Below, in pieces: positions 55,487-64,000 of a DNA stretch of 64,000 nucleotides. The stretch comes from Octopus vulgaris (taxonomy: Eukaryota). The notes under the pieces are model-generated. The model did not search any database. It worked only from the letters and a program-made list of their open reading frames with translations, and had not been told where the DNA came from. Within the stretch, counting starts at the first letter, position 1. The number at the start of each line of letters is the position of its first letter. Where the stretch lies: NCBI GenBank assembly GCA_951406725.2, contig OX597822.1:62682001-62746000 (forward strand), read 5' to 3'. The translations under genes were made by a program, and so were the position numbers.

Positions 55487-56172
55487 AGTTATGTACGTAT
55501 TTGTGTATTCATATATATCAATATATACGTATCTGTATGTACACACACATAAACACATACACACACACATATATATATATACACACACACACATATATAT
55601 ACATACATACATACATATATATTAAACATACACACGCAGGTACATTGCTGAATACATATGCAGACATATATAGGTAAGATATAAATATATATACAAATGC
55701 ATATAAAATGTATGCACGCACACACGCACGCACACAAAATCTCCTGGCGTATGCTTATGCAAGTTAATTGTTACAGGCGAAAGAAAGAAGGAAAAATAAT
55801 CAGAACATTTTAAGTAGGGGGGGTGGGAAGAGGAAGAAAACGGTGGAGAAGAGAAACAGAAAATTAGAAAAAGCGAAAGAATAGTTACGGGTTGAGAGTG
55901 CTGCATAAATGGCGTTCGAAAAGCTACGATTAGATACTTCGCTTAGCTTGCGCAACGAAAGCGTATAAAAAACACGTACACATACAGTTACATGTATATC
56001 TACATAAATACAAACATATATACAAATATACACACATATAGATATGCATACAAATATACGAAAATATGTACGCAAATACATGTCCATATATATAAAAGTA
56101 TTTACACATGCGCATACACATTTAAACATATATATATTTATATATATAGTCAATAATAATAAGGGTAACATT

Positions 56173-56250
<78 letters not shown>

Positions 56251-56259
56251 AATATACAT

Positions 56260-56315
56260 AGGCGTAGGAGTCCTTGTGAGTGGATTAGGTAGACAGAAAC
56301 TGAAAGAATCCCGTC

Positions 56316-56363
<48 letters not shown>

Positions 56364-56575
56364 GTGTATGTATATTTTGTCCCCCCTCCCAACAACGCTT
56401 GATAACCGATGCCGGTGTGTTTACGTCCCCGTAAATTAGCGGTTCGGCAAAATAGACCGATAGAATAAGTACTAGGCTTACAAAGAATAAGTCCTGGGGT
56501 CGATTTGCTCGACTGAAGGCGGTGCTCCAGCATGGCCACAGTCAAATGAATGAAACAAGTAAAAGAGTAAAGAGG
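56260..56575 (+). mobile_element. SINE family B with deleted head
   Basis: GGCGTAGGAGT joined directly to CCTTGTGAGTGGATT; full tail. Confidence 0.88.
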
Positions 56576-56761
56576 GTATATACATACATATATATATACA
56601 CACATGTATACGCACACAAACATACATATACATACCTGCAATACATACATACATACACACACATATATATAGAGAGAGAGACATCACATCACGATAAATA
56701 TATACATCTTAACGTATATGCAAACATTTTAAAAACCTATCCGGTTTATATAATATTGAAA

Positions 56762-57134
56762 TCTCTCTCTATATAAACGGCAGTTTGTCTGTGTGTGTTT
56801 CTGTGTGTCTGTTTGGTTGTACCCTCACCCTGACCACGGCTTTCAACCGATTCTGATGAAACTTGACACACACATAGCCCAATGTCATAATTCAAAACTA
56901 ACGCAGCGAAAATTTTGAAAAGTTCCCCCAGTTCTGAAAAAAATCGATAAATTCGACATGGGGTCGAGAATTAGAAACACAAACCACAGACTGTCTAGGG
57001 GACGCAACTTGACCTTTTTAACTAAAAAAAAAAATTTACCATCATTTTTTTTCCATTTTTTGGCTATAACTCTCTAAAAATGCTTTATAGTTATTTCCCT
57101 TACTAACCCGAGCAACGCCGAGCGATACTGCTAG
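56762..57134 (+). mobile_element. Non-autonomous Helitron
   Basis: A|TCTCTCTCTATATAAA 5' end; 3' CCCGAGCAACGCCGAGCG...CTAG|T; no TSD. Confidence 0.85.
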
Positions 57135-57394
57135 TGTAAAAATAAGAAAATTGTACATTAATTTGAAATCAAATAATTAAATACGTGAGTAAACAATAGA
57201 AATAAACCTTGGCGAAGCTCAAGCTTAAATTTGTAAAACAGTCAAAATATTTTACCTATACGGTAGTTTGTCGTTTGACATTTTAAACTTTGCACGTACC
57301 TGCAGGAATTTAAGAGCTCGCGTCCCTAGTTCAAAGCATTTTTATCCTGGAAGAGGATGAAGAACATTTCTGAGAGGCAAAGATTACATTTCAA

Positions 57395-57894
57395 GTATTT
57401 TTGTTTCTCCAATCTCTTTACAGCGGTTGGGAATTGTTGTATACGTTACGTCTAATTCAGAAGCAAGCTCTCGAACAGTTGTACGTGGATTGATTCAACT
57501 AAGGCTCTTAGTCGTTGTCAACATAAGATGGCCGACCACAACGCTTGTCATCTTCAAGACTCTCGTCACCGCTACGAAATTTATTGAACCACCATTTGGT
57601 TGTACGTTCATTAGTGGTTCCTGGGCCAATCGCGAACTGTTTCAAAAGCTTTTCGGCCTAGCTTGAACTGGAATAAGAAAATTGTACGAAAGTGAGTTTT
57701 GTCCATGTTGTATTCAACGTTCCAGAAAAATGGCCAAATTATTCAAAAGGAAAAAGTGTAACATGATAAGATAGAGCGAAAAACGGGCTTTAAAATGATA
57801 TAAAAAGTCAAAGTAATTCAACGAAAATTAAATAGAAAATATATAATTAAAAACCAAAATTTAAAGTCCCGCAAGAACTTACTTGACAGCCTAA
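57395..57894 (-). mobile_element. Mariner 5' relic (TIR plus HTH region)
   Basis: TA|TTAGGCTGTCAAGTAAGTTC terminus; WFNKFRSGDESLEDDKRCGRPS. Confidence 0.8.
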
Positions 57895-57906
57895 TAAATA
57901 TATGTG

Positions 57907-57961
<55 letters not shown>

Positions 57962-57997
57962 TATATATGCACACGTTTATGTGTATATGTTTGTATA

Positions 57998-58060
<63 letters not shown>

Positions 58061-58157
58061 GTTTATGTGTATATGTTTGTATATATATGTATATATATAT
58101 ATATATATATGCATATATATACACGTTTATGTGTATATGTATGTATATGTATGTATA

Positions 58158-58197
<40 letters not shown>

Positions 58198-58232
58198 TAT
58201 GTGTATATGTATGTATATATATATATATATAT

Positions 58233-59545
58233 AACAACACTGGGAGGAAGAGAAGTGGAACGAAGCGACGAATCGAATCGACCCCGACGCGAATAGCGCT
58301 GTCAGACAATAATGTAATAAATAAAATACATGCATACATACAAACATATATGTACGTACCTACATCTACATGTATATATACATGCATATATAAATATATA
58401 TATACGTGAGTATAGGACACCGCAACTAGACGTAGAACTCAACGAAAAGCGAAAACGGACAAGCCATTTTTTTACAACAAAAAACAGAGACGAAACGAAA
58501 ACGGGAAAAACTTTATTTTTTACAACAGAAAAACAAGGTACAGGACACACCACACAAGGAAAAAATCCCCAGTCATCAGCTGTCACTAGCTACCTCAAGC
58601 GTGTTTCGAAGGCAAGACAGGACACGACTCGTCAACTAGTCCTTCACTGCGAGAGAATTAAAATAAAATTGCCTCGCAGAGGGGCAAAAACAGACATGAA
58701 AAAAATGTAACAAAAACAGAACGTAAAAACGATACATATGAAACTGCAAAAATAAAATACAAGATAAAAATACACGTACAAGAAAATACAAAACGAGAAA
58801 TAAAAAGAAAAATACAATACAGGAAATCAAAAGACAAGAAAACAAACGAGAAAAACAAAACGAAAAAGGCCGTTTTTCTGGCAAGACGGAGGATGTTGTA
58901 GTAGCAGCGCAAGGGAACACGCCCTTTCAACTGAAAAGCAGGGTGCAAAAGGAAGTGACCAGGAGTGACGAAGATGAGGAAGAGAGAGAGAGATAGATAG
59001 AGGAAGACAAGCGGCAAGAGAGAGAAGGGGAATAGTGAGCAGGAGAGAGAGCGTGGAAGGCAAGGCAAAGGGAGTGAATTTCGCGTCTTAATTATATATA
59101 AAACAATACTAGGAGGAAGAGAAGTGGAACGAAGCGACGAATCGAATCGACCCCGACGCGAATGCGCTGTCAGACAATAATGTAATAAATAAACTATATG
59201 CATGCATACAAACATATATGCACGTACCTACATCTACATGTATATATACATGCATATATAAATATATATACGTGAGTACAGGACACCGAAACTAGACATA
59301 GAACTCAACGAAAAACGAAAACGGACAAGCCATTTTTTTACAACAAAAAAACAGAGACGAAACGAAAACGGGAAAAAACATTTTTTACAACAGAAAAACA
59401 AGGTACAGGACACACCACACAAAGAAAAAATCCCCAGTCATCAGCTGTCACTAGCTAACTCAAGCGTGTTTCGAAGGCAAGACAGGACACGACTCGTCAA
59501 CAAGTCCTTCACTACGAGAGAATTAAAATAAAATTGCCTCGCAGA
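58233..59545. repeat. Partial tandem element: about 445-bp direct repeats around a 420-bp spacer, inside (TA)n
   Basis: 58233-58680 nearly identical to 59102-59545; no TG..CA ends, no coding frame. Confidence 0.9.
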
Positions 59546-59557
59546 TATGTATGTATG

Positions 59558-59658
<101 letters not shown>

Positions 59659-59745
59659 TTATGTGTATATGTATATATATATATATATATGTTTATGTGT
59701 ATATGTATATATATTTTTATGTGTATATGTATATATATATATGTT

Positions 59746-59786
<41 letters not shown>

Positions 59787-59863
59787 GTGTGTGTGTGTAT
59801 ATATATATATATGTTTATGTATATATGTGTATATGTATGTATATATATATATATGTTTATGTG

Positions 59864-59910
<47 letters not shown>

Positions 59911-60007
59911 GTGTGTGTGTGTATATATATATATGTTTATGTATATATGTGTATATGTATGTATATATATATATATATGTTTATGTGTATATGTATATAT
60001 ATATGTT

Positions 60008-60075
<68 letters not shown>

Positions 60076-60100
60076 TATATGTATATGTATGTATATATAT

Positions 60101-61410
60101 GTAGCCCTTCTATCACGAATTCTTTTTTGATGCCTTGTGGGAGTTCGTTGGCGTAATTCTCTAGCCAGAATTGAATTGCTTCTATTCCTAGGTAGTGGGG
60201 GATATTCGATTAGAAGGATACTAATAGGATCATTTTGTTTATTGTTTTAGGAAGGTGACTGAGCATATTCAGGTCGTTCCTTATATAGCTTTTGACATGC
60301 TTCAGGAATGGTTTTAAGAGGTTATCTAAATACTTAGTGAGGCGGTGGGTTTCGCATGTGGGACCTGCTGCTTTAGGTTTCAATTTGAGGTCAATGGGAG
60401 TAGTGAATTTGATTATTATGTCTGTGGCTTTTCTTCATGCGTTACTTATTTTCTCAATTTTGTGTATCTTGGGAATACCGTAGAATTGACTGATTTTACT
60501 TTTGAAATTGGTCATATAGTCATATTCTTTGTCGGTGAGCCCTTCTTTGTATAGGTTTAACAGGATTTTCATTATTTTCTGCCGACTGTAGTGTTCGCCC
60601 TTTCCATATGTTGTGTCTTCCAATATGGATAGTACTAAAGTTATATAGAATACCGTGTCCATTAAGACACGGTATTCTCTTTATTACATAATACAGACCC
60701 CTTTTGAACGCGTCTACAACAAATGATATATCCACAACGGCCCTAGAATAACACAAATACACACGCAAATATTAAAAATGGTGCACTCAAGAGATTCCCA
60801 AGAATTCATTTAAAAACAGTCCCAATCACTGCTATAATCCATAACGTGCCAATTTTAAGTCACATGACCTTTAAGCACCTTACTACTTTCATACTACTTA
60901 CATTCCTTTTTATTCTCCCTTCTCTTTCTTCTTTTTCTTTGTCTTCTTCTTCCTCCTTCATAACTTTATTACTATTGCTATTTAGAATAACACCTACGCA
61001 AATTATATAAACAAAACATTAAAAAAAGATGTTTCAGGAATTTTACAATTACTACTACCCTCCACAGCAGGTTCATTTTCTCCTCCTCCCCTTCTTCTTC
61101 ATCTTCTCATCCTCTCCTTTTTCTCCTTCTCCTCTTCCTCCCCCTTCTTCTTCATCTTCTTCTCCCTATCAAGAATTCACAACGATCTCAAACCCACAAG
61201 AGTAAACAAGAAAGACAGACGCAGGTAGAAACAAGGAAAATGCCACTTGTATTTGAACACTATGCAAATATTCATTTAAAAATCTTTTCTTTTAATTTTT
61301 CCAAAATTTAATTGTTTTCCGTACTTACAGTTGAAAAAAGTCTCATTGTCTGAAACCGGTAATGAAATGGTTTTTATAAAATTATTTTAGCATTTTCTAT
61401 CTTGACTTTA
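60101..61410 (-). mobile_element. Penelope-like retroelement relic: RT N-terminal half, upstream region and inverted terminal repeat
   Basis: FYGIPKIHK...LKLKPKAAGPTCETHRLTKYLDNLLKPFLKHVKSYIRND...SNIPHYLGIEAIQFW (60101-60630); degenerate hammerhead on the opposite strand at 61328-61364; both ends in TA arrays. Confidence 0.85.
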
Positions 61411-61513
61411 TATATATATATATATATATATCAACTCGTGTGTTCCTTTCCAACCTTCTACATATACATATACATATACATATATATACATATATGTACA
61501 TATACAAACATAC

Positions 61514-61554
<41 letters not shown>

Positions 61555-61555
61555 C

Positions 61556-61858
61556 GTGGAGGCGCAATAGCCCAGTGGTTAGGGCAGTGGACTCGCGGTC
61601 GTAGGATCGCAGTTTCGATTCCCAGACCGGGCGTTGTGAGTGTTTATTGAGCTAAAGCTCGACGATGCTCCGACAAGGGATGGTGGCGATCTCTGTGTAC
61701 CCTTTTGCCACAACTTTCTCTCACTCTTTCTTCTGTTGGCCTGCTCACTTAGCCAGCGGGGTGGCGTCATTTAAAGGCGAAAATAATGCGAAGCGCATTG
61801 TGACCAGCGATGTGTATTAACATCTGATAGCCTGGTCGGTCACGATGATCACGGTGAT
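61556..61858 (+). mobile_element. SINE family A, full length
   Basis: Collinear with 8528-8818. Confidence 0.9.
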
Positions 61859-62009
61859 ATATATATATACATATACGTTAAACATATATATATATATATA
61901 CATATATAGACATAGATATATAAATATATACACATGTGTGTGTATATATATATACATACATATACCTATATATATATATATATATATATATATTTTATAT
62001 ATATATATA

Positions 62010-62053
<44 letters not shown>

Positions 62054-62059
62054 CATATA

Positions 62060-62114
<55 letters not shown>

Positions 62115-62325
62115 GGGTTCATAAGTATCCTGTTTGTTACCATAGAATCGAGGCCTAGCACGCAGAGTAAAACTGCTTGACACAGATTGACAAGCATGTG
62201 CACTAAGTTTTAACGTTCTAGTTCAGTTCCCCTATTTACAGTAGTAATTCGAATTGGGCTTTTGTGATTGTGTGTGTGTTTGTGTGTCTGTGTGTGTGCA
62301 AGAATACACATATAAGAAAATATAC

Positions 62326-62686
62326 AGGTATGCCTGTGTGGTAATGAAGCTTGTTTTCCCACAACATGATTTTGGCTAAGTGTCTCCTACTATATCTTCG
62401 GGCGGACTGAACCCTTGTGAGTGGATTTGGTTAATGGAAACTTGAAAGCGCTTCGTATGTATAGATCCCTGTGTGTGTCTTTGTGTCCGTGTTTCTCCTC
62501 CACTTGCACTTAACTGGTGCTGGTGTGTTTAAATCTCGGTAACTTAGTGTTTCTACATAAGTAACCAATAAAATAAGTACTGGATTTTAAAAAGTAATTC
62601 GTATGTCGATTTGTTCGACTTAAACGCTTCAAGGCGGTGCCCCGGTACGTCCACAGTCAAATGAATGAAATAAAAGATAAAAGATA
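62326..62686 (+). mobile_element. SINE family B, diverged
   Basis: CCTTGTGAGTGGATTTGG...AAGGCGGTGCCCC...CACAGTCAAATGA. Confidence 0.8.
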
Positions 62687-62730
62687 TATATGAGAAGAGC
62701 GGAAAAAAAACATCGATCGATCAATAGATA

Positions 62731-63222
62731 TGTAGCAATATTGTTTTCTTCATTGCTATCTTCACCGTTTGAGAGAAATATTAAGAATGATCTCGTTTGA
62801 GATTACAAACATCTTTGGCTAGTTTAACGTTGTTGTGTCCTCTATTTTGATTGGTTAGCATCTAAGCGCGGTCTGTCTCTACTTATTTCGCGCCAGTGTA
62901 TAAACTGACCAATCACGGCTTTCGGATAGGACTTTCCATTTGAACTGTCTTTTGGCTTAAAACCTTTTAAGGTCTTAGTCGGAGACCACACAGAGTATAC
63001 TTAACCATGTTCCAGTTTCGAAAGGCAGACGACAACCAAACACGTGTTGCATGCAGACACTTGCTAGTACTCACAACCTTCTAACCTTAACACCATTGTA
63101 AATAAAATATTACCTATCTCTCAAAGAGTGGAACGGCTCGTCGTCAATTCACTTATATTCTATTGGCACTGCATTCTATAAATTGTATTATTGTTTATCT
63201 TATTCCTTACACAGGTGACCCC
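62731..63222 (+). mobile_element. Candidate LTR (62731-63211) followed by a tRNA-Trp-like PBS remnant
   Basis: TGTA...TACA ends, TATAAA near 62899, AATAAA near 63101, then C-AGGTGACCCC (cf. TGGTGACCCC); no second LTR in the window. Confidence 0.55.
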
Positions 63223-63364
63223 CCCTTCCTTTGATATAACGTATATCTACAGTAAACTGTGAAATAAAATCAAAGTGTCTAATTTCTCTAGGAGAATATT
63301 TCTCCGAAGAATTTTTTAATGCATATGTTAATGGTTTATGGTCAGTGAATAAAGTAAATGACCT

Positions 63365-63850
63365 ACCTTCAATTTTTCTGGAGATAATCTTCTCGGCTTA
63401 GAAAAACTCGGTGGTCCTTGTGTGGTGATGTGATGTTCTACCGAATGTGCACACGTGGTATTTAGAGCTAACTGTTTTGTGATTTTTGGATAATTTTTCA
63501 AAATCCTGTGATACCTATTTTTTGAGGACGCTATGAAATATAGCGGACTAATTGTTGCTCTCCTGCATCTCATTCCCTGAATCTTTAAGGAGGTTTGTGT
63601 GTCTATTATTTTTTGTTTGTTCACATCTACCATTAAATGATAGTGCGCCAAAAATCCGCTCCTAATATTGGATATGGTAAATCCGCTACTATGAAGATCC
63701 ATTTGTACTCTCTTCGTAAATTTATATCGAGCGTCAAGCCAAAACCTCCAAATGTTTGGATTTCAGACTGGTTCACCGCTTGAAGTGTCATATACACAGG
63801 TTTGGTTTTCTGTTTTAAGAGCCTTACAGGACATATCAAACACGCAGCCA
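63365..63850 (-). pseudogene. Ty3/Gypsy pol fragment (aspartic protease C-half and linker before RT), one frameshift
   Basis: LQAVNQSEIQTFG...WIFIVADLPYPILGADF / LAHYHLMVDV...VEHHITTQGPPSFSKPRRLSPEKLK. Confidence 0.88.
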
Positions 63851-64000
63851 TTACCATTACCTACACTGGTGACCCCTCAAATACGCAGCCATTCATATAT
63901 ACTATGCAGCCAATAATAAGCATAAGTACGGAATTATTGACACAGAAGAAGCTGAAGAAGGAACCTTTTTTTTCTTTTTTTTTAAAAAGAAACAAAAACA

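Noticed and set aside
58574-58650. Type-II-order hammerhead (GAAAC...GTA...CTGATGA) on the minus strand
   Set aside because: Stem II and III pairings fail; kept only as a note under the 1.5-mer finding
63355-63375. Donor-like AAG|GTAGGT where Gypsy homology ends, suggesting exonisation
   Set aside because: AAG GTA is also the expected K-V coding sequence and the fragment is frameshifted

Overview
Eukaryotic, AT-rich, repeat-dominated DNA with no recognisable host protein-coding exon. The hundreds of Y/I/M/C/V/H/T-rich ORFs are translations of (TA)n, (TG)n and (TATG)n microsatellites. The tRNA-derived SINEs and overall repeat mix resemble a coleoid cephalopod (Octopus-type) genome; this is inference from memory, not a search result. 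Contents: two CR1/L2-group LINE 3' ends (one with an uninterrupted RT frame); four SINE families in many copies; R4/Dong-like and RTE LINE relics; several mariner/maT relics; TIR MITEs; two non-autonomous Helitrons; a Gypsy protease fragment beside a candidate LTR with a tRNA-Trp PBS; and a Penelope-like (PLE) RT relic. The most notable hidden layer is about ten type-I hammerhead ribozyme motifs from several families. They sit in short non-coding PLE-type fragments, most of them next to (TA)n arrays. One has a fully canonical core with a 55-nt stem II (17131-17214), and two loci are fold-back palindromes with a motif on each strand (5374-5719, 15445-15604). PLE hammerheads are a known class, so novelty is limited to these variants and architectures. 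Repeat boundaries were read by eye and are approximate.
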